Positions 27,827 to 36,841 of a stretch of DNA of 64,000 nucleotides are shown one piece after another. The DNA is from Limisphaerales bacterium (GTDB taxonomy: Bacteria > Verrucomicrobiota > Verrucomicrobiia > Limisphaerales > JADJPG01): positions 1,161 through 65,160 of the forward strand of contig JBGARF010000043.1 in assembly GCA_044230345.1 (NCBI GenBank), given 5' to 3'. A program made the translations under genes and the position numbers. The notes below the pieces were generated by a model. That model worked only from the letters and a program-made list of their open reading frames with translations, was not told where the DNA came from and did no database searches. Within the stretch, counting starts at the first letter, position 1, and each line of letters opens with the position of its first letter.

Positions 27827-29368
27827 GTGATCCAGCCGCCGAAATCATCCGCATCCGCACCGGCGTCCACGCCGGGCGTGGCTGGCGGATCTGCGCCAGG
27901 TGCTCCCGTCAACCTGCCCCCGGGTGGGGACCGCGACGTGCCGGAACTGCATGGGGTCGCCCAGGAGATTAACTGGGAGGATTTTCGGGATCACCTGGCC
28001 ACGGCGGACAAGGACGGCCACCGGCGTTGGGTCTATCCGAAGAGACCGGCGGGCAAATGGTATCGCTGGCGCACCTGGTTCAGCGTCGTGCTCATCGCGA
28101 TCATGTTCATCGGGCCCTGGGTTCGCATCAATGGCAACCCGTTGCTGATGATCAACATTCTGGAACGGCGTTTCTCGATCCTCGGCCAGATCTTCTGGCC
28201 GCAGGACACGGTGATCTTTGCCGTGGCCATGCTTGTCTTCATCACGGGGATCATCATCTTCACGACGGCCTTTGGGCGGCTTTGGTGTGGTTGGACCTGT
28301 CCGCAGACGGTGATGATGGAGATGGTGTTCCGGCGGATTGAGTATTGGATTGAGGGTGACGCGGCGGATCAACGGGCCTTGGATCTCGCGCCCTGGACGG
28401 GGGGCAAGATTTTCAAGAAAGGTCTGAAGCATGTCGTGTTTCTGGGCCTGTCGTTCATCGTGGGCAACACCTTGCTGGCCTACATCATTGGCAGCGACGG
28501 GTTGCTGGCGATCCAGCTGGATGATCCGCGGAAGCATCTGGTTGGGCTGATCGCGATGACCTTCTTTACGCTCTTGTTCTACGGCATTTTCGCTCGGTTC
28601 CGGGAACAAGCCTGCACGTTTATCTGTCCGTATGGCCGGTTCCAGAGCACGATCCTCGACGAGAACACCATGGTGGTGGCTTATGACTACAAGCGGGGTG
28701 AGAGCCGTGAGCCGTTGCGCCGGGGCCAGACCTTCGAAGCCCGGAAGGAACGTGGCGTGGGCGACTGCATCTCGTGCCGGCAATGTGTGGCGGTTTGTCC
28801 GACGGGCATCGACATTCGCAACGGGACGCAGATGGAGTGCGTGAATTGCACGGCGTGCATTGATGCCTGTGATGCGGTGATGGACAAGGTGGGACGTCCG
28901 CGCGGACTGATCCGATTTGCGTCCCTGGACAACATTGAGCGCGGGTTGCCGCAACGGTTCACTCGTCGCATGGCTTTGTATTCGGTGGTCCTGACCGGAT
29001 TGATCAGCCTGTTTCTCTATCTGGTCTTCACGCGGGCGGCGGTTGAAACCACCTTTTTGCGGGCCCAAGGCGCGTTGTTTCAGCAGACGCCCGAGGGCAA
29101 GATTGAGAATCTCTACACGGTCAAAATCATCAACAAGACCTCCCACGACATCCCGATCGATCTGGTGTTGGAGAATGTGCCGGGCACGGTGCGCGTGATG
29201 GGCGTGACTCCATTGCTGGTGCCAAAGGAGAAACTGGCCCAGACTTCGGTGCTGATCGTGCTGGATCCGAAGGATCTGACCGGCGGCAGCACGAAGCTGA
29301 AGCTGGGCGTGTTCTCGAAGGGCAAACGGCTGGAAGAGGTGGAAACGTCCTTCGTGGGGCCGAGGTGA
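27827..29368 (+). CDS. ccoG: CcoG (4Fe-4S ferredoxin-type cbb3 oxidase accessory protein)
   Basis: Motifs include FRDHLATADKDGHRRWVYPKRPAGKWYRWRTW, CGWTCPQT, CISCRQCVAVCPTGIDIRNG and ECVNCTACIDAC. I chose the GTG at 27827, just after the ccoP stop. The ORF-track start at 27746 would overlap ccoP by 74 nt. Confidence 0.85.
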   Translation: MIQPPKSSASAPASTPGVAGGSAPGAPVNLPPGGDRDVPELHGVAQEINWEDFRDHLATADKDGHRRWVYPKRPAGKWYRWRTWFSVVLIAIMFIGPWVRINGNPLLMINILERRFSILGQIFWPQDTVIFAVAMLVFITGIIIFTTAFGRLWCGWTCPQTVMMEMVFRRIEYWIEGDAADQRALDLAPWTGGKIFKKGLKHVVFLGLSFIVGNTLLAYIIGSDGLLAIQLDDPRKHLVGLIAMTFFTLLFYGIFARFREQACTFICPYGRFQSTILDENTMVVAYDYKRGESREPLRRGQTFEARKERGVGDCISCRQCVAVCPTGIDIRNGTQMECVNCTACIDACDAVMDKVGRPRGLIRFASLDNIERGLPQRFTRRMALYSVVLTGLISLFLYLVFTRAAVETTFLRAQGALFQQTPEGKIENLYTVKIINKTSHDIPIDLVLENVPGTVRVMGVTPLLVPKEKLAQTSVLIVLDPKDLTGGSTKLKLGVFSKGKRLEEVETSFVGPR

Positions 29369-29463
29369 TCGGCGCGATGGCATGACGCATAATTTAAAAT
29401 TGCGGCGGTGGAAGCCCGGGAATGTCGCCGCTGAAAGGCGAGCAGGACATTTGTTGCGAATCC

Positions 29464-29484
29464 CCCTCTCCCCGGCGGAGAGGG
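29464..29484. repeat. CCCTCTCC/GGAGAGGG hairpin repeat, copy 1
   Basis: CCCTCTCC-CCGGC-GGAGAGGG lies in the ccoG-fixH spacer. Confidence 0.7.
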
Positions 29485-29539
29485 TTGGGGCGAGGGCGGA
29501 TCGCGCGAGCATGCACCAACGACAGGAGAGCCTTAAGCC

Positions 29540-30022
29540 ATGACTGAATCAAAGAATACCGCCACCACCACCGATCGTCGCAGTCCATGGCCGTATGCCA
29601 TCATCGGCTGGTTCGTGTTGTTCATCTCGGGGCTGGCCGCCTGGACGGTGGTGGCCGTTCGGCACGACCCGGATTTGGTGCGCACCGATTACTACGAGGA
29701 AGAGATTCGTTTTCAAAAGCAGATTGAGCGCGTGAGCCGGACCGCGCCGGTGAAGGGGCAGGTCTCGATCGTGCACGAGGCGGCGGCTCGCGCCGTGGCC
29801 ATTCGGTTGCCGACGGCGCACGCGACTCCAACGGTCGCCGGGCGCATCAAATTCTACCGGCCGTCCGATGCCCGGCTGGATTTTGAGCGTCCGCTGGCCC
29901 TGGATGGCGGGGCGCTGCAGCGGGTTTCGACCGAAGGCCTGCCCACGGGCTTGTGGAAGGTGCAGGTTTACTGGACCGCCGACGGGGCGGATTACTACTA
30001 CGATCAGGCCTTGGTGCTTTGA
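29540..30022 (+). CDS. ccoH: FixH/CcoH-family protein
   Basis: The N-terminus is SPWPYAIIGWFVLFISGLAAWTVVAVRHDPDLVRTDYYEEEIRFQKQIE. An AGGAGAG Shine-Dalgarno sequence lies at 29524-29530. Confidence 0.8.
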   Translation: MTESKNTATTTDRRSPWPYAIIGWFVLFISGLAAWTVVAVRHDPDLVRTDYYEEEIRFQKQIERVSRTAPVKGQVSIVHEAAARAVAIRLPTAHATPTVAGRIKFYRPSDARLDFERPLALDGGALQRVSTEGLPTGLWKVQVYWTADGADYYYDQALVL

Positions 30023-30026
30023 GCGA

Positions 30027-30698
30027 ATGATACTTTGGACGGCATTCCTGTTGGGGTTGGTGGGCAGCACTCATTGTGCGGGGATGTGCGGTCCTTTGGT
30101 GATGGCTCTGCCCGCGGCGGGCATCGATCGGAGTCGATTGCTGGCCGGTCGTCTGGCCTATAACGGGGGGCGGATGGCGACCTATGCCGTGATTGGGTCG
30201 GCCTTTGGTTTGTTAGGCAAATCTTTTGCAATGGCCGGGCTGCAGCGCTGGGTTTCCATCGCGGCGGGAGCGGCGATCCTGAGCGGCCTGCTGACGTCTT
30301 CGCGGTTTGTGCTGAGCGGTCCGATCCAGCAGATGGTGACTTGGGTCAAGACGCGGCTGGGGCGATTGTTGATGAGACCCGGTTTTGGCGCCCGATTTGG
30401 GCTGGGCTTGTTGAATGGATTGCTGCCTTGCGGGCTGGTTTACGCGGCGGCTGCGGGCGCCACCGCCACGGGAACCACAATCGACGGCATCAGCTACATG
30501 TTGGCGTTTGGGTTGGGGACCGTCCCGATGATGTTGGCTCTGGGCGTGGCGGGCGGGCGAGTGCAGCCGGCTTTGCGCTTCAAGTTGCAACGACTGATGC
30601 CCGTCGGACTGGCCGTGGTGGCGACCTTGTTGATTATCCGCGGACTGGCCTTGGGCATTCCATACCTCAGCCCGGACCTGGGTGGCCGCTGTCATTGA
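30027..30698 (+). CDS. TauE/SafE- or DsbD_2-like membrane protein commonly found at the end of cco clusters
   Basis: ATG at 30027 lies 4 nt after the fixH stop. The protein has MILWTAFLLGLVGSTHCAGMCGPLV and multiple TM segments. Confidence 0.75.
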   Translation: MILWTAFLLGLVGSTHCAGMCGPLVMALPAAGIDRSRLLAGRLAYNGGRMATYAVIGSAFGLLGKSFAMAGLQRWVSIAAGAAILSGLLTSSRFVLSGPIQQMVTWVKTRLGRLLMRPGFGARFGLGLLNGLLPCGLVYAAAAGATATGTTIDGISYMLAFGLGTVPMMLALGVAGGRVQPALRFKLQRLMPVGLAVVATLLIIRGLALGIPYLSPDLGGRCH

Positions 30699-30718
30699 GC
30701 CGGTGCGCACGGGTGTGA

Positions 30719-30743
30719 GGTGTGATTAACAACGGGTGATCCA
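30719..30743. repeat. 25-nt motif GGTGTGATTAA(C/A)AACGGGTGATCCA, copy 1
   Basis: It matches 34941-34965 at 24 of 25 positions. Confidence 0.8.
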
Positions 30744-31003
30744 TGAGCCTGACCAATGACACGATCAAAAAGGTTGGAGGCACCGCGAGCGTTGAGCTCT
30801 CCTCCGGGCGGAGGTTGGGCTTCACGGTGAAAGGCGTCTACACCGCGAAGACCGATCGTACGGCGTTGGTGTTCGCTCCAGACCTCGAGAGCAAGGGCTC
30901 TGTCCTCAAGGTCACCTTGACGGGCAGCAATGCCTTGGTCCAAGGCAAACTCATAGGGCAGGCCATCAAGTCGGTCAGCACGGTGGGTCCTGACGATCAG
31001 TGA
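30743..31003 (+). CDS. Small hypothetical protein (86 aa)
   Basis: The ORF shows GC3 bias and a beta-rich composition. No recognisable motif. Confidence 0.45.
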   Translation: MSLTNDTIKKVGGTASVELSSGRRLGFTVKGVYTAKTDRTALVFAPDLESKGSVLKVTLTGSNALVQGKLIGQAIKSVSTVGPDDQ

Positions 31004-31375
31004 GGAGTTGCTCCTCGCGTCGGTGATGCAGTTGCGGGCGCACCTTGCCTTGACCGGACTTGACACGGATTAGCGAGACCCCAGCCGAGTCAGCCTTTTG
31101 GCCACGGAGATCACGAAGACCGGCTCAGCTGCCCGGGCTGGCCCGCATCGACGACATCACTTCTTCCCCGCGCCGTCCACGGCGAGCGTGGCTGCGGCCG
31201 CGCCCGTCATACTCATCGCACACACACTCTCTCGAGCTGCGCTGAAAGCTGAAAGCGTGGCTTTCCCGGGGTGGTCTCACACCTTGCGCGTGCGAGTACG
31301 CCGATCCGCGTATTCCGCCTTTGCCCGGACGAATGCTAAACGTTCACCCGGAAAGACGACTAAACACGCCACTCG

Positions 31376-34300
31376 ATGAGACCCATGAAACGATGCCTCG
31401 CCACCGCGGTCCGCGGTTCGGTCTGGGCGGCTGCCGCGCTCCTGATGGCCGCTCCATGTTACGCTGGAAATCACACTTGGACAGGCGCGGTTAACGGCTA
31501 CTGGAGCGTTGCGGGAAACTGGAGCGAGGGTGTCGCTCCATCGGCCGGCGAGAACCAGGTAACGCTGGTGTTCAACGATCTGGCGGTGCGGCGCCAGTCG
31601 ACCAACAACCTGGCGGGACTGACTGTTTCCAGCCTGACGTTTCTCAGCGATAATTTCCGGTTGTCGGGCGCGGGTGGTGGGACTTTGCTGAACATCGTCA
31701 ACGGGGCGATCCTCTGCATTGGGGATGGGAACGCGCTGGAGAACTCCCTGGGTTTGGTGCTGCACGGCAACCCCGCCTTTTCGATCGGTGATCAGGCCAT
31801 CTTCGAAGTCCGCGGGCAACTCAGCGGCGACGGCGGCTTCTCCAAGGCGGGGGACGGAGCGCTGCATCTGTTGGGAACAGCGAACAACACTTACACCGGC
31901 CCGACCACGGTGAACGCCGGCTCGCTCTTTCTTGGCCATGGCGTCCTGCAGTCAGGACTGTGGCAGCCGCGCGTGGCCATCCCCGGCGCACTGACCGTTG
32001 GGACCGCCACCACCAATCTGTCTCCCACCGTGTATTGGTTGCTCGACCATCAAGTCTCCTCGAACAGCGTTCTTACGCTCAACGAGAGTGGCTATGTCCA
32101 CTTGATGGGTTGCACGCAATCGTTTGCCGGTCTGAACCTGCGATACGGTTTGCTCGACACTCGGCAAAACGGCGGCCCCTCGGGCCTGCTTCGTGTCTCC
32201 GGCCAGGTCAACGAGTACAAGCCTGCCGTTACCCGCACCAACAGCCTCGCAGGCCGGCGTTCGGGCCGGTACGCGTTCACGGCCGGAAGCCACACGGTCT
32301 TTGTGGCGGCGGGGACCTCCGTGCAATGGCTCTGCTCGATCGGGGAGACGGGAGGACCAGCCACATTCCACAAGACCGGCCCGGGCGAGTGGAGCCTGGC
32401 CGCGCAGACGAACACCTTCAGCGGAGCGATGCATGTCGATGAAGGCGTCTTGTATGTAAGTGACTTCACTCCCCTCGGCTCGACGAATGGAGGTACGTAT
32501 GTCGCCAATGGAGCTCAACTCCGTGTTTCCACCGATGTGATCGGTGAAGCGCTTACCCTCGATGGCATGGGCATGACCAACCTGCTGCATTTTCCGGCCG
32601 ACTATGCGAGTGCGGAACCCGCCACGTTGCACACGCACGAATACTATTCGTGGACCGGGCCCGTGACTCTGACGAGCGACGCGCTGATCTACGTGGGCCG
32701 AAGCGTGGACATTGGCAGCGCGTTCACCCTCAGCGGCTCGATCAACGGAACGGGCGGGCTGACCAAAACCGGCGCCGGCCGGTTGCGCTTGTCCGGAGGG
32801 GGCGCCATCTCCACTCCGGGTGCCTTCAAAATTCGACTGGGCGAACTGGAGCTCAACAAAAACCTGGTGCGCAGTCCGGGGCCGGCGCTCGCCGGTCCCT
32901 TGGAAGTGGGCCACGCTGGAGCGGTCAGTGGCGACTCCAGGGTGAGCCTGCTCGCCGATCATCAGTTCAACCATTCGTCCGCCATCGCGCTGCACGATCT
33001 GGCAACATTCAACTTGAACGGGCACACCACTTCGGTCGGCCAACTCACCCTGTCGCGCTGCTGGATCGAGATCGGAACAGACTTTCATCACACCAACGGC
33101 TTGCTGACTCTGGGTGGCTTCGTCACGGTCACCGGCTCGCTGTCGCAAGTTTCGGGCAACGTTTCCTTGGGAGGCGCCACCCGAAACGTCCAGTTGGTAG
33201 GCGGCGCCACGCTAGCGCTGCACCATGACGTCCGCGACGGAAGCGGCGTTGGCGGCCTGAATGTCTCGGGCAACGGGGTTCTGGAGCTGGGCGGGAGCAA
33301 TTCCTTCAGCGGCGCCTTGAACATCCAGAGCGGCACGACGGTGGAAGCTTACTTCAGCGATCGCGCGTTGGGCACCGCCAGCGGTGCGACAACGGTCCAC
33401 CCCGGCGGCGCTCTGTTTCTGTTTTCCTGCCAGATCACCAACGAGTCCTTGGTGGTGGGTGGGGTGGGGCCGGACGAAGGCGCGATTGTGGCCGCGGGCC
33501 CTTGTGTCTGGGCTGGTCCGATCGCGCTGAGTCAAGACACGGTGGTGGATTTGCCATACGACAGTGTGGTGGGATACGGACGCCTTGACATCTACGGCCC
33601 GGTTAGTGGCCCGGGAGGAATCAAGGTGAGTGGCCGATACCATCCGCCCGGCTCACAGGAGGACTATGTCTCCCGCGTGCGATTTGGCGGGAGCACTCCC
33701 AATACTTACACGGGGCCCACGCTGCTCGATTACTGGTCGAAGCTCGAATTGGCAAAATCGGCCGGGGTCATCGCGGTGCCAGCCGGCTTGCAGGTGAACT
33801 CCAACTGCGTTGTCCGCTGGCTGGGGTCCGAGCAGTTGGCGAATGCGCAGCCCGTCCTCATGCAGAACGAAGCGCGTCTTACCTTGAATGGATTCAACGA
33901 GACCATGGGCTCGCTGGCCGGCGGCGGCACGGTTTCCTTAGGTGCCGGAAACGTGGCCGTCGGGCTGAATGGCTCGAACACGGCATATGCGGGCAACCTT
34001 ATTGGAAGCAACGGCTGTTCGTTCACCAAGCTCGGCGTGGGTAGCCTAACGCTCAGTGGCAACAACACGTTCCCCGGGCAAACTTACCTCCAGACCGGCC
34101 AGCTGATCGTGAACGGCTCGCAGACGGGCGGCGGTATCTCCGTTATGGCCGGGACCACCCTCGGCGGCCACGGATCGGTCGGTTCGATTAATTCCGTTGG
34201 CGGCACCATCAGCCCTGGGTCAAGTCCAGGCCGCCTGTCGACCGGCCCAGCACTGCTGGACGCCGACAGCAGATTGGCCGTTGAGCTTAATGCTTCCGGT

Positions 34301-34780
34301 GTCGCCATCGGGTACGACCAGTTGAACCTGACGGGCGGGGTGGACCTTGGGGGAGCGAAACTTCAAGTGAAGCCCGGGTTCACGCCCGCGTTGAATCACG
34401 AATTCATGATCCTCCAGAATGACGGCGCGGATGCGGTGGTCGGGACGTTTGCCGACCGGCCGGAAAACTCGGTGTTCGTCAGCGAAGGAAGAATCTTTCG
34501 CATTAACTACGGCGGGGGAACAGGCAACGACGTGGTGTTGACCTATCTGGGCGCGGTGTCGTCGACTCAGATTGAGGTTGTCCGGCTGAATGGTGGGATG
34601 CAAATGACCGGCAGCGGGTTTCCCGGGCTTGCGTATGATGTCTTGGCCAGCACCAACCTTAGCTCGGATCACTGGATCAAAATCGGGTCGATTACCGCAA
34701 ATGCCGGTGGCTTGCTGCAGTTCACCGTCAACGACATGGCGAACTATCCGCAACGCTTTTACCAGTTCTACTTGCCGTAG
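31376..34780 (+). CDS. Autotransporter-associated beta-strand-repeat protein (1134 aa, secreted)
   Basis: A signal peptide is followed by GNHTWTGAVNGYWSVAGNWSEG. Repeated GxGxLxLxGxNTYTGxT-type units occur (GDGALHLLGTANNTYTGPTTVNAGSL, GVGSLTLSGNNTFPGQTYLQTGQL). The protein has a C-terminal RFYQFYLP module. Confidence 0.85.
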   Translation: MRPMKRCLATAVRGSVWAAAALLMAAPCYAGNHTWTGAVNGYWSVAGNWSEGVAPSAGENQVTLVFNDLAVRRQSTNNLAGLTVSSLTFLSDNFRLSGAGGGTLLNIVNGAILCIGDGNALENSLGLVLHGNPAFSIGDQAIFEVRGQLSGDGGFSKAGDGALHLLGTANNTYTGPTTVNAGSLFLGHGVLQSGLWQPRVAIPGALTVGTATTNLSPTVYWLLDHQVSSNSVLTLNESGYVHLMGCTQSFAGLNLRYGLLDTRQNGGPSGLLRVSGQVNEYKPAVTRTNSLAGRRSGRYAFTAGSHTVFVAAGTSVQWLCSIGETGGPATFHKTGPGEWSLAAQTNTFSGAMHVDEGVLYVSDFTPLGSTNGGTYVANGAQLRVSTDVIGEALTLDGMGMTNLLHFPADYASAEPATLHTHEYYSWTGPVTLTSDALIYVGRSVDIGSAFTLSGSINGTGGLTKTGAGRLRLSGGGAISTPGAFKIRLGELELNKNLVRSPGPALAGPLEVGHAGAVSGDSRVSLLADHQFNHSSAIALHDLATFNLNGHTTSVGQLTLSRCWIEIGTDFHHTNGLLTLGGFVTVTGSLSQVSGNVSLGGATRNVQLVGGATLALHHDVRDGSGVGGLNVSGNGVLELGGSNSFSGALNIQSGTTVEAYFSDRALGTASGATTVHPGGALFLFSCQITNESLVVGGVGPDEGAIVAAGPCVWAGPIALSQDTVVDLPYDSVVGYGRLDIYGPVSGPGGIKVSGRYHPPGSQEDYVSRVRFGGSTPNTYTGPTLLDYWSKLELAKSAGVIAVPAGLQVNSNCVVRWLGSEQLANAQPVLMQNEARLTLNGFNETMGSLAGGGTVSLGAGNVAVGLNGSNTAYAGNLIGSNGCSFTKLGVGSLTLSGNNTFPGQTYLQTGQLIVNGSQTGGGISVMAGTTLGGHGSVGSINSVGGTISPGSSPGRLSTGPALLDADSRLAVELNASGVAIGYDQLNLTGGVDLGGAKLQVKPGFTPALNHEFMILQNDGADAVVGTFADRPENSVFVSEGRIFRINYGGGTGNDVVLTYLGAVSSTQIEVVRLNGGMQMTGSGFPGLAYDVLASTNLSSDHWIKIGSITANAGGLLQFTVNDMANYPQRFYQFYLP

Positions 34781-34940
34781 GCGTCCCGACGAGGTAGGGC
34801 GCGCACTCCGCTGCGCGCCGCGAAAACACCATGAAGAACGTCGTTGGCGGCGGGCGACGGAGCGCCCGCCCCACCGGCCGGGGAGAGTGAGGAACGATCG
34901 CGGCCTGCCGTATGGGCGACGCCCGCCTCGATCTGGCCGG

Positions 34941-34965
34941 GGTGTGATTAAAAACGGGTGATCCA
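34941..34965. repeat. 25-nt motif, copy 2
   Basis: GGTGTGATTAAAAACGGGTGATCCA matches 30719-30743 at 24 of 25 positions. Confidence 0.8.
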
Positions 34966-34988
34966 ACGGCCCGTCTCACCCCTCCCGG

Positions 34989-35013
34989 CCCTCTCCCCGT
35001 TGAGGGGAGCGGG
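34989..35013. repeat. CCCTCTCC/GGAGAGGG-type hairpin repeat, copy 2
   Basis: CCCTCTCCCC-GTTGA-GGGGAGCGGG, with one mismatch in the stem. Confidence 0.6.
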
Positions 35014-35135
35014 AGTCGCGTGGGGCGCGAGCTAAACGCCTTGCACCCTCACCCGCTTTTAATTGCACCCATCTGGCCGTGCGTTCCGGGCCGTGCGCTT
35101 GCCTTGCCGGCGGCCGCGGTGTTAGCGTGCGCTCA

Positions 35136-36794
35136 ATGACGAAGAAAGGGATTTCGATCGGGCAGTATCTCATTCAACGCCTCCACGACTGCGGGCTTCG
35201 ACACATCTTCGGAATTCCTGGAGACTACGTGCTCGGGTTTTACGACCAGCTCAGTCGCAGCCCGATTCGCGTCATCAACACATGCGATGAGCAAGGCGCC
35301 GGTTTTGCTGCTGACGCTTACGCCCGCGTGCGCGGGTTGGGCGCCGTTTGCGTCACCTATTGCGTGGGCGGGCTGAAGGTGGCCAACACGACCGCGGAAG
35401 CATTTGCCGAGAAGTCGCCGGTGGTCATCATCAGCGGGGCTCCGGGGATGCGGGAGCGGGAAAAGAATCCGTTGCTCCACCACAAGGTGCGGGAGTTCGA
35501 TACCCAGTTCAAAGTCTTCCAACAGCTGACGGTGGCTTCCACGGTCTTGAGCGACCCTCAGACAGCTTTTCAGGAGATTGATCGTGTCCTGCACGCGGCG
35601 CTGCGATACAAGCGCCCGGTTTATCTCGAATTGCCGCGAGACCTTGTCGATGTCCCGGGCATTCCCCATTACCGCTCAGCCGAGATCCACGAAGTGAGCG
35701 ATCCGGTCAAATTGCGAGCCGCGCTCTCCGAGGCCGAGGCGCGCATCAATGCCGCCCGCCGCCCGGTGATTTTGGCCGATGTCGAGGTGCATCGCTTTGG
35801 TCTTCAGGACGTGCTGCTGCAACTTGCCCGCCAGACCAACTTGCCTGTTGCCTCCACCCTCTTGGGCAAGTCGGTCGTGGGTGAACAGCATCCCTTCTAT
35901 CTGGGCGTCTACGAAGGCGCCATGGGCCGGGAAGAAGTCCGACGTCGGGTGGAATCGAGCGATTGCGTGATCATGCTCGGAGCATTCATGACCGACATCA
36001 ATCTGGGCATCTTCACCGCGCAATTGGATCCGGGGCGCTGCATTTATGCCACCAGCGAAAAGCTGTCGATTGGGCATCATCACTACGAAGACGTTCGCTT
36101 CAAGGACTTCATGCGCGGGCTGCTTAAGTGCCGCCTGCGCCGGCGGCCCGCGTCCGCGTTGCCACGTCCTGTGCCCGATGTCTTCGGGGCGGGCCGGCCG
36201 TCCGCCCGCAAACGAAGCGCGTCCCGTCCCATCACCGTCCGCGCCTTGTTTGAACGATTGAATGGATTCCTCGGCCCGAAGACGGTGGTGATCTCGGACG
36301 TGGGCGACGCGATGTTCGGTGCGGCCGACCTTTTCATTCACGACCGCACGGAGTTTCTTGCCCCGGCCTATTACACCTCCATGGGCTTCGCCATCCCGGC
36401 GGCCGTGGGGGTACAGATGGCGCGTCCTGAATCGCGTCCGCTCGTGTTGGTGGGAGACGGCGCGTTTCTCATGACCGGTCTCGAACTGGCGACCGTGGCG
36501 CGATACGAACTCAATCCGATCGTCGTGGTGCTTAACAACCGCGGCTTCGGAACGGAACGCCCCATGCAGGACGGACCCTACAATGACGTGCCTGCGTTGC
36601 AGCATCATCGAATCCCGGATCTGGTGGGCGCGGGCCGCGGGTTCGTGGTGGAGACCGAGGGCGACTTGAACGCGGCGCTGGTCGCTGCGGAGCAACACAC
36701 GGAGACCTTCTGCGTGATCGAAGTCCGGCTGGAGCCAAACGATCGCTCCCCAGCCTTGAAACGCCTCACCGCGAGAATGGCGCGAAATATTTGA
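35136..36794 (+). CDS. Thiamine-diphosphate-dependent 2-keto-acid decarboxylase (indolepyruvate/phenylpyruvate decarboxylase family)
   Basis: ATG at 35136 gives [39 protein letters not shown]. The TPP-binding motif [33 protein letters not shown] is present. Confidence 0.85.
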   Translation: MTKKGISIGQYLIQRLHDCGLRHIFGIPGDYVLGFYDQLSRSPIRVINTCDEQGAGFAADAYARVRGLGAVCVTYCVGGLKVANTTAEAFAEKSPVVIISGAPGMREREKNPLLHHKVREFDTQFKVFQQLTVASTVLSDPQTAFQEIDRVLHAALRYKRPVYLELPRDLVDVPGIPHYRSAEIHEVSDPVKLRAALSEAEARINAARRPVILADVEVHRFGLQDVLLQLARQTNLPVASTLLGKSVVGEQHPFYLGVYEGAMGREEVRRRVESSDCVIMLGAFMTDINLGIFTAQLDPGRCIYATSEKLSIGHHHYEDVRFKDFMRGLLKCRLRRRPASALPRPVPDVFGAGRPSARKRSASRPITVRALFERLNGFLGPKTVVISDVGDAMFGAADLFIHDRTEFLAPAYYTSMGFAIPAAVGVQMARPESRPLVLVGDGAFLMTGLELATVARYELNPIVVVLNNRGFGTERPMQDGPYNDVPALQHHRIPDLVGAGRGFVVETEGDLNAALVAAEQHTETFCVIEVRLEPNDRSPALKRLTARMARNI

Positions 36795-36841
36795 GCGCGC
36801 CGATTCCTGCCGCCCGGCGTGAGGAGGGCAATTGGGCGGGT

